A stretch of DNA of 64,000 nt from the IMG/VR virus record IMGVR_UViG_3300020469_000009; one strand, 5' to 3'. Source of the DNA: a virus. The notes below the pieces were generated by a model that was not told the DNA's origin, did not search any database, and saw only the letters and a program-made list of their open reading frames with translations. Positions 27,842 through 37,545 of this stretch are shown one piece after another; position 1 is the first letter of the stretch; every line of letters begins with the position of its first letter. A program made the translations under genes and the position numbers.

Positions 27842-29548
27842 TTATTTCTTTGAGTCCTTAATCTTAGAGAAATTGCCATCTTTATAAAACTCTATGAATC
27901 TTTTAAACCTATCTGCATTGTGAGCTTTGTGCGATATTACAAATATATTAGTATTCTCCATATTACTTACAATATCCCATAGCATTTCTGTTGCATCAGC
28001 ATCAAGAGAACTATCACCTACTTCATCCATCATAAGCAAATTAGTATTGACAGAGTTCTTAATCTTAGCTATTTCTCTCCAAGTAAACATTAGTGCTAAA
28101 TCAATTCTCATCTTTTCACCTTCTGAAAATGAAGCATAAGTAAAGTTATCTCTATATCTTGATTTGATTACCTCATTGAATTGTTCATCTAAAGTAAATG
28201 AGAATGCAGCTGACATCTTTTCTAGATGTACATTTATAAGCTTATTCATAACTGGTACATATTGCTTAATAATCTTAGCTTTGATACCGGTATCTCTTAA
28301 TAGCAATTTACATACATCATAGAAATGATTTTTTTCGCTCATATCCATAAGGTCTTTTGTAAACACTTTCTCTTCATCAAATAGTGAGGCTAGTAATTCC
28401 TTAGCATTGGGTAATGAAGTATCATCATTTTCGATTTTCAGATTTTCATTAAGTGTACTAAGATAAGTGCTAAGGGTACTAACCTCACTTCTTACTGACG
28501 ATTGCTGATTAATCAGCTCTGTAAGCTCTTGTTCTCTAGCTCTTGTAGTTTCCAATTCTTTAGATAGCTTGGCAAGTGCTTTTTCATAAGCAGGGATGAG
28601 ATTCTCATTTTTCTTTTTTTCTTTTTCAAGGCTGCTAATTTTTTCGTTCTTGAACGACTCTGATATTTCTTGTCCGCAAACTTCGCACTCAGTTTCTGTT
28701 CTATAGTAAGTGATGCGCTTCTGTTTTTCATCTATCCTCCTTTTTAACTCATTACCATGAGTCACACATTTTTGTTTTTCATCTACTACTTTGTTTACAT
28801 TTGGTGCAGCAATAGAATCTATTTTGTTTTGTAATCCATCATTTTCATCTACTAATATCTTTTTTTCACCTTCAACTCTTTGTATTTCTTTTTTAATCTT
28901 ATCTGCTGATTGTTCATTTTTCTTTTGCAATGTTTCAATAAGACTTTTTTGTCCATTTATTTTAGTTGTATGTACTTCTTTTTGATACTCTTTTTCTTTG
29001 ATATCGAGACCTAAATCAGTCAGTTTAGTTTTTAGAATATCATTCATCTTAGAGAATATTGTAATATCTAAAATCTCTTCTATGATTTGCCTTCTTTCAC
29101 CACCGCTTAAATCCATAAATGACTGATATCTAGCTGAACCTAATATAACAATTTGTGTAAATGATTTAAAGTTTAGACCAATTAAATCTTCTAGTTTCTT
29201 TTGATAATCTTTTTGATGTGCATCTTGTGTTATAAGAACTTCATTCTTATAAATTTCGAATATACCTGGTTTCATACCTCTTACAACACGATAAGATGTA
29301 TTATTAACATCAAATTTAACTTGAACTACACAGTCTTTATCATTAACTGTATTAATCAACTGTGTTTTTGAAACATTACGATATGGTTTATTAAAGATTG
29401 CATAACATAAAGCATCCAGCACAGTAGATTTACCACTACCATTTTGGCCTGTAATTAAAACTGTAGGTTTATCACTTAAGAATATAGTATTGCCATTATT
29501 ACCAGTACTTAAAAAATTCTTATATTGTATTTCTTTAAATATTATCAT
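27842..29548 (-). CDS. gp46: Recombination endonuclease ATPase subunit (gp46, Rad50/SbcC-like)
   Basis: GQNGSGKST, zinc hook CEVC, FSEGEKMRIDLAL, MMDE, ISH. Confidence 0.97.
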   Translation of the reverse strand: MIIFKEIQYKNFLSTGNNGNTIFLSDKPTVLITGQNGSGKSTVLDALCYAIFNKPYRNVSKTQLINTVNDKDCVVQVKFDVNNTSYRVVRGMKPGIFEIYKNEVLITQDAHQKDYQKKLEDLIGLNFKSFTQIVILGSARYQSFMDLSGGERRQIIEEILDITIFSKMNDILKTKLTDLGLDIKEKEYQKEVHTTKINGQKSLIETLQKKNEQSADKIKKEIQRVEGEKKILVDENDGLQNKIDSIAAPNVNKVVDEKQKCVTHGNELKRRIDEKQKRITYYRTETECEVCGQEISESFKNEKISSLEKEKKKNENLIPAYEKALAKLSKELETTRAREQELTELINQQSSVRSEVSTLSTYLSTLNENLKIENDDTSLPNAKELLASLFDEEKVFTKDLMDMSEKNHFYDVCKLLLRDTGIKAKIIKQYVPVMNKLINVHLEKMSAAFSFTLDEQFNEVIKSRYRDNFTYASFSEGEKMRIDLALMFTWREIAKIKNSVNTNLLMMDEVGDSSLDADATEMLWDIVSNMENTNIFVISHKAHNADRFKRFIEFYKDGNFSKIKDSKK

Positions 29549-30587
29549 CAGCTTCTTTTGCTTCTTCGTAAATTTCTATCATTATTTGTTTGATTTGGTC
29601 TTTATTAATATCTGTAGCTACATCATCAATATATTCACTAATTAAGTCTGTAGTTTCAGATAGTTCAATAATATCTTCAACATTATCTGCATTAAACTGT
29701 TCAAAGCTTTCAATTATTTTAAGTTCAAATGGTTCTTTTAAATTAATTGCATCAATATATTTTTCAAAGTTTTCAAATGATTCTTTTTCTTTTACATATA
29801 GCTTAACATAAGTATTTTTTAAATCTTCACCTTCTAAATCTTTTGGCTCACTATTGTTTGCATATATTAATTTAACATGATAACCAAGAGGATTTTTAAT
29901 AAACTCTAATTCTTTAGTTGCTGTATCTAATACCCAAAATCCATGACGTCCACCTGAATCAGACCACATAAGTTCATAAGGTGTACCAGTATATGTAAAG
30001 TTTTCTGTTGTGCTTTGAGAATGATAATGACCAGATATTACTCTATTCCAATCTTTAAAATCAAATAAATCAAACCCATCTTTACTGTAATGTCCTGGAA
30101 ACATAAGTGCACCTTGTACATCATAGTGTCCTATAAGTATATCGCCACCAGCTCTAATAGTATCAAAACTATCTTCATAATTATCTTTACACACCCACGG
30201 CATAAGTGTAATGCAACAGTCTTCTACATCAAAAGATTCTATAGTTTCATAAACATTTACGTTTGGCTCATTACCAATTACTTGTTGTGGTGAGTTATTT
30301 TTAAGGGAATGTTTAAAAGGAATATCGTGATTACCTACAATCACATCTAATTTCATATTTCGTTTTTGAATAGGTGTCACCATCATTTCTTTTTGAAATG
30401 CTAGTGTTTGAATGTTTAACCACTTACGTGAATCAAACCAGTCACCCACTTGAATTACATGCTGTATTTTTTCTTTATCTATGTAAGGCCAAAAAACTTC
30501 TTTATAAAATCTTTTTTGCCAAGCTTCAATTACAACATTTCTATTTCGAGCGCCAAAGTGGGTATCACCCAGTATCGCTATTTTCAT
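29535..30587 (-). CDS. gp47: Recombination endonuclease nuclease subunit (gp47, Mre11/SbcD-like)
   Basis: GDTHFGAR, GDWFD, GNHD, SGHYH. Confidence 0.97.
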   Translation of the reverse strand: MKIAILGDTHFGARNRNVVIEAWQKRFYKEVFWPYIDKEKIQHVIQVGDWFDSRKWLNIQTLAFQKEMMVTPIQKRNMKLDVIVGNHDIPFKHSLKNNSPQQVIGNEPNVNVYETIESFDVEDCCITLMPWVCKDNYEDSFDTIRAGGDILIGHYDVQGALMFPGHYSKDGFDLFDFKDWNRVISGHYHSQSTTENFTYTGTPYELMWSDSGGRHGFWVLDTATKELEFIKNPLGYHVKLIYANNSEPKDLEGEDLKNTYVKLYVKEKESFENFEKYIDAINLKEPFELKIIESFEQFNADNVEDIIELSETTDLISEYIDDVATDINKDQIKQIMIEIYEEAKEADDNI

Positions 30588-30939
30588 CTAATAGTTTTTC
30601 CCTTATCTTAGTAGCAGATATTTCTTCAATATCTTTATCGAAATGTTCCTGCTCAATTTTATAGCCCACGTCACGGCCATAAGTAATATGAGTAATGTTT
30701 GGAACATTAATGATATCATAATTATTATTATACTCGTAGCCTTCTTTTTTTAACTCTGCTATAATTTGCTCTTTTCTTTGTTCAAAAGTGAAAGGGTTTT
30801 TTTCAGTGCCATCTTGTTCTCTTAACAAAATAACTACTTGACCAGTTTTGGAAATTGCTCTCTTAAAAAGAGCAGTATGTCCTTTATGCCAGGGTTGGAA
30901 TCTGCCAAGCATTTGCGTAGTTTCTTTATATCTATCCAT
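30565..30939 (-). CDS. Cytidylyltransferase-like (HIGH-family) nucleotidyltransferase
   Basis: GRFQPWHKGH and ISATKIR. Confidence 0.85.
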   Translation of the reverse strand: MDRYKETTQMLGRFQPWHKGHTALFKRAISKTGQVVILLREQDGTEKNPFTFEQRKEQIIAELKKEGYEYNNNYDIINVPNITHITYGRDVGYKIEQEHFDKDIEEISATKIREKLLDENSDTG

Positions 30940-31274
30940 TCGTTTACTATGTAGTCTACATCTGACTCATTAGGAACTTCAAACAATTTGTCTGTGTCTT
31001 TATGTTCAGATTCTGTTATTGTATTCATCCATATTGATATAGTAGGTTTTACTATGTCTCTATAGTCCTGTTTTGGTGCTATAAAATCTAATATACCAGT
31101 TTTACCAGCCATTCTATAAGCTTGTCTTAACCTTCCATCATCAGAAAAATCCCAATCATCATGTAATAATCTATAATAATCAGCATTGTGGTGTGGAACT
31201 GTAAAATGATATGCTAACTCTTTAGCAACAGTGGTTTTGCCAGAACCTGATAACCCAAATATTAGTATTTTCAT
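30834..31274 (-). CDS. Adenylylsulfate kinase-like P-loop kinase
   Basis: GLSGSGKTT, NAD..R, DWDFS..GR.RQ, DFIAP, DT..LFE.P. Confidence 0.75.
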   Translation of the reverse strand: MKILIFGLSGSGKTTVAKELAYHFTVPHHNADYYRLLHDDWDFSDDGRLRQAYRMAGKTGILDFIAPKQDYRDIVKPTISIWMNTITESEHKDTDKLFEVPNESDVDYIVNEWIDIKKLRKCLADSNPGIKDILLFLREQFPKLVK

Positions 31275-31987
31275 TTATCTTCTTTAGTAGTCTTAGTTTT
31301 TCTAGGTTTACGTTTCTTTTTAACTTTAAAATCAGGATTCTCTTTAAAAAATTCTTCTTTCTTTGCTTCTCTTACTTTGTAATGTTTACCTTCAACTTCA
31401 AATTCAGTGATACCTTCCTTTATTGCTTCAATTTCATGTTTGACTCTTAAAGTATGTGACCGTAAAGTAAAACCTGTTCTCCCTTTTTCAGCAGCAGTTT
31501 TTGGTTTTGCTTCTTCAATATCACCTAGTTTTTGGTCAGCATAAGCTCTTGCTTTTTGGCTGGCTTCATCACTAAATTCACCATGTAAAAACAAACTTTG
31601 TTCAGCTTGTTGTATAAGCTTTAAGTCTATCATATACTTTCTTTTTTCTTTCTTAATTCTTTGTACCATGTGAGAGAACAATATCTGAGTCACAAAAGCG
31701 AATCCATTATTAAATCTATCACCATCAAATCTGTAAGCATATTTTACTGCCGCCAGAATTGCATCTTGAATCATTTCATCTCTATAAGAATAATTTACAA
31801 AATTAGGTCTTAATGCTAATCTATTAGCCATTCTTATAATACAATCTCCAAGATACCTACTCATCTCAGGTCTGTCTTTATTTTTTTCCATTTGCTTCCT
31901 GCATTTACGTGAATATTCATCTAAAGCTTTAGTGAATTCTTTATTGTTTACGTAATGAGCAGAGTCTTTTGTTTGTCTCTTTGCCAT
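31271..31987 (-). CDS. gp55: Late transcription sigma factor (gp55)
   Basis: HYVNNKEF, RPNFVNYSYRDEMIQDA, FAFVTQI, RIKKEK. Confidence 0.95.
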   Translation of the reverse strand: MAKRQTKDSAHYVNNKEFTKALDEYSRKCRKQMEKNKDRPEMSRYLGDCIIRMANRLALRPNFVNYSYRDEMIQDAILAAVKYAYRFDGDRFNNGFAFVTQILFSHMVQRIKKEKRKYMIDLKLIQQAEQSLFLHGEFSDEASQKARAYADQKLGDIEEAKPKTAAEKGRTGFTLRSHTLRVKHEIEAIKEGITEFEVEGKHYKVREAKKEEFFKENPDFKVKKKRKPRKTKTTKEDK

Positions 31988-33457
31988 TTATATGTCCACA
32001 CTGTTAATTTTATAATCGAATTTTTCTTCCGTGTAATATCGGAATCTTTCTCCTGCATGCCTTAAAGTAAAGTTATCTCTTGACTTCCATTTAATGTCAT
32101 CAATAATATCATATACTGTAGCTGCTTTACCGTCTTCTGTCTTTCTTAATATTCTACCAATAGATTGTAATACTTTTATTTTAGATTTCGATGGGTGAGC
32201 AAATATTAGATTATGCAAATTTCTAATATTAACACCAGTTGAAAATACTCCAAGTGATGCTACAATAGTGACATCATTTTTTTCAGCAAATTGCCTAGTC
32301 ATTTCTCTTGAATCTTTATCTGTTTCACCAGCAATATAATGTACGTCTCTATCTGTTATTTCATCTATCTGTTTATGTAGTTCTTTACCGTGTTCTAGTC
32401 TGCTAAACACTACTAGTGTATTACCAGGTAAGTCTGCTGCAAGTTTAGATATGAATTTTTGTCTTTTTTCATGTTTTATAATATGTGCTATTTCATCTTG
32501 ATAGTTCATATCTTTTACAAGTTTTTTATCATTGTCACTATAATTCAGTCTTAATAATTGTATTTTTACATCTGATATTTGGTCCTTATCAATAAGTTCT
32601 TTTGTTGTAATCATTTTTTCAATATTACCAAATAGACCTTTTAATACTAGTTCATGAGTTTTTGCTTCTTGTATAGTACCTGTCATTCCAACTCTATCAG
32701 GACATATTACAAGTTTTTTCATAATATTTTGTATAGATTTACTTTGTGCATGATGTACTTCATCAACAATTACACTGCCAAACTGAGCAAAATAGCCTGC
32801 ACTCATTTTATACAATGATTGCCAAGTTGATACAATAACTCTAGCATCAGTTTGTTTTTCTACTCCACCCATAATACCATGCATATCAGAAAATTTATCA
32901 TTACTATAATCAACAAAATCAGACATCATTTGTGTGACTAAGTTTATTGTTGGTACAATAATAAGTATTTTTCTTTCATGTATTTCTCTCCACCATCTCA
33001 TCAAAGCATAGATAATTAAAGATTTACCAGATGCGGTTGGTGATAAACATAACATTCTCTGTTTACGCACGCCTTGTTTGAATGCGTCTATCTGATAGTC
33101 CCGCATCTGGATTTTTTTTCCACCTGAGTGTAAGTCAAGTGCATCTAAGAAACCATCAAGTATTTTGTCGTCAATATTATTCTCGATACCAGGCATATTT
33201 TTTTTGGTACCTTCGAATTGAACATCGATATCTAGGTCCTTAGAAAACTTTGCTATATCTTGTACAAGACCAGCATAAATTGTAGAATCTTTCAAGTTTG
33301 CAAGACGAATTTTACCGTCCCAATACTTGTTTCGATAAGCAGGTGTAAAGTTTGCACCAGGAACTTTGAATGTAAAGTAATCAGATAAAGTCTGTAAATC
33401 AGCTTTATCTCCTTCAAAGTTTAGGTAAACATCATTTAGTTTGCGAAATAAAATCAT
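31988..33457 (-). CDS. uvsW: UvsW RNA-DNA/DNA helicase
   Basis: WDGKIRL, RDYQ, SPTASGKS, DEVH, QSIGRILR. Confidence 0.96.
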   Translation of the reverse strand: MILFRKLNDVYLNFEGDKADLQTLSDYFTFKVPGANFTPAYRNKYWDGKIRLANLKDSTIYAGLVQDIAKFSKDLDIDVQFEGTKKNMPGIENNIDDKILDGFLDALDLHSGGKKIQMRDYQIDAFKQGVRKQRMLCLSPTASGKSLIIYALMRWWREIHERKILIIVPTINLVTQMMSDFVDYSNDKFSDMHGIMGGVEKQTDARVIVSTWQSLYKMSAGYFAQFGSVIVDEVHHAQSKSIQNIMKKLVICPDRVGMTGTIQEAKTHELVLKGLFGNIEKMITTKELIDKDQISDVKIQLLRLNYSDNDKKLVKDMNYQDEIAHIIKHEKRQKFISKLAADLPGNTLVVFSRLEHGKELHKQIDEITDRDVHYIAGETDKDSREMTRQFAEKNDVTIVASLGVFSTGVNIRNLHNLIFAHPSKSKIKVLQSIGRILRKTEDGKAATVYDIIDDIKWKSRDNFTLRHAGERFRYYTEEKFDYKINSVDI

Positions 33458-33695
33458 TATACGTATTTGTCAACTGCTCACTTGGAATACACTTAAATGT
33501 AAAATCATAGAAATAAAAACTATTTCTATCTGCTAATTCCATAAATGTACCAATCTTAAATTTATTAGTTCCATTGTCATCAGTTTCTTGAAATACCACA
33601 GCAGGATTATCCATTTTTATTTGTCTGTCTTTTTCGCTTTTGACATCTCCAATAATTATTGGACCTCCACTGTCTAACTTTATAATCTTAATCAT
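33432..33695 (-). CDS. Small hypothetical protein (possibly Sm-like)
   Basis: MIKIIKLDSG..IIG...MDNP pattern; ATG coupled to the uvsY stop. Confidence 0.6.
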   Translation of the reverse strand: MIKIIKLDSGGPIIIGDVKSEKDRQIKMDNPAVVFQETDDNGTNKFKIGTFMELADRNSFYFYDFTFKCIPSEQLTNTYNDFISQTK

Positions 33696-34126
33696 AAGCT
33701 TCCACTTGTAAATCTTGCCCAATCAATTGCGGCTTTAATTGAACTGTTTCTCCATTTGATTTGCTCAAGAATATGATTTGCACCTTCTAAAAGTATTTCC
33801 ATGTACTCTATTTTCTTTAATAGGTCCACAACTTCTGGATCGGTATTAACATGTTTCTCAACGCCCGCTTTTGTTTTTAATTTTAAATCAAACGGCTTTT
33901 CTTTGTAATCATCTGACTTTGCTTGTCCAGAATAATACAATTCTTTTTCTTTCTTAAGTTCTGCTAATTTATGATTATACGCGATTTTCTTTGCTCTTAT
34001 ATCTAATAAGATTGTTAGATACTTATGGTGAAGTTTAGGTATATTTGTAGCCTCTTTATCAAGATTAACTCTGTCAATACCAGCGTCTTCTTCCCACAAG
34101 GAAAGCAGTTGTTCGTGCGTAATCAT
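33692..34126 (-). CDS. uvsY: Recombination mediator UvsY
   Basis: W.ED..ID, IPKLHHKYL, YYSG, IKAAIDW.RF..G; adjacent to uvsW. Confidence 0.92.
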   Translation of the reverse strand: MITHEQLLSLWEEDAGIDRVNLDKEATNIPKLHHKYLTILLDIRAKKIAYNHKLAELKKEKELYYSGQAKSDDYKEKPFDLKLKTKAGVEKHVNTDPEVVDLLKKIEYMEILLEGANHILEQIKWRNSSIKAAIDWARFTSGSL

Positions 34127-34129
34127 TAC

Positions 34130-34137
34130 TATAAATA
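34130..34137 (+). promoter_or_regulatory. Late promoter TATAAATA upstream of phoH
   Basis: Exact consensus in the divergent intergenic region. Confidence 0.6.
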
Positions 34138-34226
34138 TACTGTGATAAACAATTTTTTTCTAAATATATCACTTTCAAATAGACTCAGTCCGAGTCTTAT
34201 TAATCAACTATCAACTAGGAGACACT

Positions 34227-34910
34227 ATGGCTCGAAGGCAGAAAAAAGCTTCGTTACAAGCTGAATTAGATGCTTCAAAAGCATTTCATATACAGCCCAA
34301 AAATGAAACTCAAAATTATCTTTTAGAATGTATTCAAAAAAATATTATGACGGTCGCAATAGGACCGGCTGGTACAGGAAAAACTTACTGTACTGGTATG
34401 AAAGCTGCCCAATTATTTTTGAAAGGCGAGTATCAAAAAATCGTGTTAACACGGTCTAATATATCAACAGGTAAATCACTAGGACACTTTCCAGGTACTA
34501 TCGAAGAAAAGATGGAACCTTGGGTAAAACCTATATTGAATGTACTTATTGATGGATTAGGTTCGGGACGAGCTGAATGTATGCAAAGACAAAAACAAAT
34601 AGAAGTACAACCTATTGAAACAATAAGAGGTACATCATTTGATAACAGTATAATAATTGTAGACGAGGCGCAAAATTTAACTATAGATGAAATTAAAGCA
34701 GTGACTACTAGAATTGGTGAAAATACTAAATTGATATTATTAGGTGACCCAGCTCAATCTGATTTAAAGAATAGTGATTTGATTAAATTTGTAGATTTAT
34801 GTCATCAGTATAGAGTGCCGGCGCCCATCGTAACTTTTAGTATTAAAGATATCGTTAGGTCTGATATGGTAGCTAACTTAGTTAAAATGTTCGCGAAGGC
34901 TGGAATCTAA
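34227..34910 (+). CDS. phoH: PhoH-family ATPase
   Basis: GPAGTGKT, LGHFPG..EEKM.PW, IRGTSF, DEAQN, TRIGE, GDPAQSD. Confidence 0.96.
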   Translation: MARRQKKASLQAELDASKAFHIQPKNETQNYLLECIQKNIMTVAIGPAGTGKTYCTGMKAAQLFLKGEYQKIVLTRSNISTGKSLGHFPGTIEEKMEPWVKPILNVLIDGLGSGRAECMQRQKQIEVQPIETIRGTSFDNSIIIVDEAQNLTIDEIKAVTTRIGENTKLILLGDPAQSDLKNSDLIKFVDLCHQYRVPAPIVTFSIKDIVRSDMVANLVKMFAKAGI

Positions 34911-34989
34911 GAGACTGATTTTATATTCAGTAGCACCTTCAAAAGGAATCAAGCTACCTTTATGTAATACCGAAAAAGAAGTATTTTTT

Positions 34990-35583
34990 TTAGATTTTAT
35001 CGTTATTTTTTGCGCCATTTGTATACGTTGAATGTTCAAAGTATAAAAACTTAAATGACGATGTAGATGTGATATATTCTACGTCTTGTCTGGCCGCATC
35101 AAATTGTGGACCATCTAGTGATATAGGAAATGCATCAAAGAACTTCCATTCAGCCAAGGGCTTTAAATCTGCATCTGCTGCAAATAAAGATATATTAGAC
35201 ATTGTACTTAAGAATCCTGGCTCTCTAGCATCAGGTCTAGCTGTCACATTCTTTTTTGTGTATTCAGCAAATTGTTCATATGATTCAGGTGCAATCATAC
35301 CTTTCATCCATTCCAGTATTTGTCTATAACCTTGGAAATGTTTATCAACTAAAAAAGTGACATCTAATTGTGCATAGTCTAATGTATCACCAGGAACTGT
35401 TCTATTAGTGTTATATGGATTTGATAAAGGTAATTCACCAGCACTTATAACTGGTGCATTTACTTGTTGCACAGTGTATACTATATCAGGTGCTCTATCT
35501 ATTGTTAAAAAGAAGTGTTGAGGTGCTGTGAAACTTAGCTCAGTTTGTCTGGCTAAGACGTCTGAAAAATTTTTGCTAACCAT
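34990..35583 (-). CDS. gp3: Tail tube terminator/tail completion protein (gp3)
   Basis: PGDTLDY..L.VTFLVD..F..Y..I.EW and F.DAFPISL..F; downstream of gp23. Confidence 0.85.
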   Translation of the reverse strand: MVSKNFSDVLARQTELSFTAPQHFFLTIDRAPDIVYTVQQVNAPVISAGELPLSNPYNTNRTVPGDTLDYAQLDVTFLVDKHFQGYRQILEWMKGMIAPESYEQFAEYTKKNVTARPDAREPGFLSTMSNISLFAADADLKPLAEWKFFDAFPISLDGPQFDAARQDVEYITSTSSFKFLYFEHSTYTNGAKNNDKI

Positions 35584-35915
35584 TAGCTATCTACCTTGGC
35601 GCCAGCTCTCCACTGATAGCATGACCAATATCTGGCTTTCCACTTTGGTCCAGGATCAGCACAATTATGTCTTGCTCTAAATGATGCTCTTCTAGCTGGG
35701 TCATCTCTTTTGATTTCCATTTTTGGGTCACCAAATCTAACCATAACAACATTACCTTTTGGACCTTTTACGTATACTTTAAATTTTGATTTACCATCAC
35801 TTACCCGCATTGGGTCATTTAGTTTTACTTTTGTGCCTTGGTATTCTGCCTCTGTGATATTGTGGTCAAATACTTTATCACAATCTTCGCAACAAAATTC
35901 TTGAAAGTTTTTCAT
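35583..35915 (-). CDS. Putative capsid-internal protein with a CTS-like N-terminus
   Basis: MKNFQEF...TEAEYQG, VRFGDP, SFRARHNC, ARYWSC; TATAAATA 4 nt upstream. Confidence 0.75.
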   Translation of the reverse strand: MKNFQEFCCEDCDKVFDHNITEAEYQGTKVKLNDPMRVSDGKSKFKVYVKGPKGNVVMVRFGDPKMEIKRDDPARRASFRARHNCADPGPKWKARYWSCYQWRAGAKVDS

Positions 35916-35935
35916 ATACTATTTATATTTAGGAT

Positions 35936-35961
35936 AAAAAAAAGGGAGTCCGAAGACTCCC
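35936..35961 (-). terminator. Rho-independent terminator after gp23
   Basis: Minus strand GGGAGTC-TTCG-GACTCCC followed by a T8 run. Confidence 0.9.
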
Positions 35962-35987
35962 TTTTAAAATTCGTTATCGAACGTGGC

Positions 35988-37478
35988 TTACACGTTGTCA
36001 ACTCTGAATTTTCTGTAGTACATGTTTGAATCAGGAGCATGTAAACCTTGAGATTGGATAGTTCTAGAAGCGAACGGGTTTGAAACCATTCCATATCTAG
36101 TTTTAAATCCAATTTTAGGTTGGAATGTTTCCTGACTAACCGCACGAACCATTTGTAATGGAACGTAAGGACAATAGAACATACCTGCATCCATATTGTT
36201 AGTACCTTTATAACCAACAACAACATAGTCGCCGTTAGTTGCATAAGGATCAACATAGACTTTTGTACGTCCATTTAGTACTCCAGCAAACGTACCACTA
36301 GTTACGTCTACATTTAGATTATCTTGTAATCCAGATGTATAGTCTAGTAGTCCAGCCATTGTTAAAGCTGATGCAACGTTAGCAGAACAAAGGATAAAGT
36401 TTCCTTTTCCTCTTCGAGTTTCAAATGCAATTTTATTACATTCTTTTTCGATTTGCATCATAAGGCCTTTTTGTCTCTCAACAGACCATCTTCCTTGACC
36501 GTCAGCGATCAAGTCGAATATTCCGTTAGTAGTTAAGCCTTGTGCTCCGTATTTAGCCTGAGATAGGATTGTGTGTACAACTTCTCTATTGATTTCCGCT
36601 AGGATTTCAGTAGAAAGAATGTTAGCTAATTCAGCCTCAGCGTCCAAACCGTGGACAGCTTTAAGGTCTTGAACTAGTTCCATAGTGTATTCACTTTTGA
36701 GAGCTCTTGTTTTAGCTTCAACAGCTGTTCTCTCAATTGTGAAAGACATTTCACGGAAGTTGTCACCTTCTCCTTCTCTTGTGTTCATTCCGAAAGAAGT
36801 ATTTCCTTCAGCTTGTCCACTTGGCATATAGCCAGAGTTTAGGTTAGGGTTTGCAGTAACTGTGTCTACAAATGGGTCATTCACAGGTGTGATTGATCCA
36901 GTATCAGTTACGGGGTCAGAGTCAGCAGTGCTAACACCATCATTTTTAGCTCTAGAGACAGCGAATGGATTTCCAGCCGCGTCCGTGTTGCTTCCTGCAG
37001 AGTGCGTATTAGGTTTCCCTGTATTAAACGCAGTACCTGAGAAGTTAGAGAACGGTTCGTCGTACATGGCTTCAATACCAAGACCATTACCATCGCCACT
37101 AACACCTTCGTTAGTATTGTTGTATCTTGCTCTTAGCGCGAATATAAGACCAGTTGGAGCGTTCATAGGTTGAACACCACATAAGTCAAATGCCATCATT
37201 TGTGGAACCGCACGTCTAACTAGAGATATAATGATAGGGTCATAACCAGCTCGACCAGTAGCGTTTACAGCACTATTCGTGTTTGCTCCACTCATAGCAC
37301 CACCAAAGCTAGCACCAGATAAAGAAGCTTCTTCTAAGTTTTGCTCCTCTGCTAATGCCTTCTCTGTATTTTCGAGAACTTGTGCAAGAACAGCTTTCTT
37401 ATCACGCTCATCTACTTTTGGTAAATCTTCGTGTTCGATTACTGGAGCCCATTTCTCTGTAAGTACGTCGTATGACAT
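35988..37478 (-). CDS. gp23: Major capsid protein (gp23)
   Basis: GVQPMNAPTGLIFALR, RALKSEYTMELVQDLKAVHGLDAE, FYCPYVPL, FQPKIGFKTRYG. Confidence 0.99.
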   Translation of the reverse strand: MSYDVLTEKWAPVIEHEDLPKVDERDKKAVLAQVLENTEKALAEEQNLEEASLSGASFGGAMSGANTNSAVNATGRAGYDPIIISLVRRAVPQMMAFDLCGVQPMNAPTGLIFALRARYNNTNEGVSGDGNGLGIEAMYDEPFSNFSGTAFNTGKPNTHSAGSNTDAAGNPFAVSRAKNDGVSTADSDPVTDTGSITPVNDPFVDTVTANPNLNSGYMPSGQAEGNTSFGMNTREGEGDNFREMSFTIERTAVEAKTRALKSEYTMELVQDLKAVHGLDAEAELANILSTEILAEINREVVHTILSQAKYGAQGLTTNGIFDLIADGQGRWSVERQKGLMMQIEKECNKIAFETRRGKGNFILCSANVASALTMAGLLDYTSGLQDNLNVDVTSGTFAGVLNGRTKVYVDPYATNGDYVVVGYKGTNNMDAGMFYCPYVPLQMVRAVSQETFQPKIGFKTRYGMVSNPFASRTIQSQGLHAPDSNMYYRKFRVDNV

Positions 37479-37545
37479 GGTTTTTCTCCTAAGTTAATTT
37501 AAGTTAGATTATTAATTTTCTTAAAAATCGTTGGTTTTTTCATTC

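Noticed and set aside
35912-36274. 120-aa ORF overlapping the gp23 3' end
   Set aside because: Alternate frame that runs through the gp23 terminator; no initiation signal.
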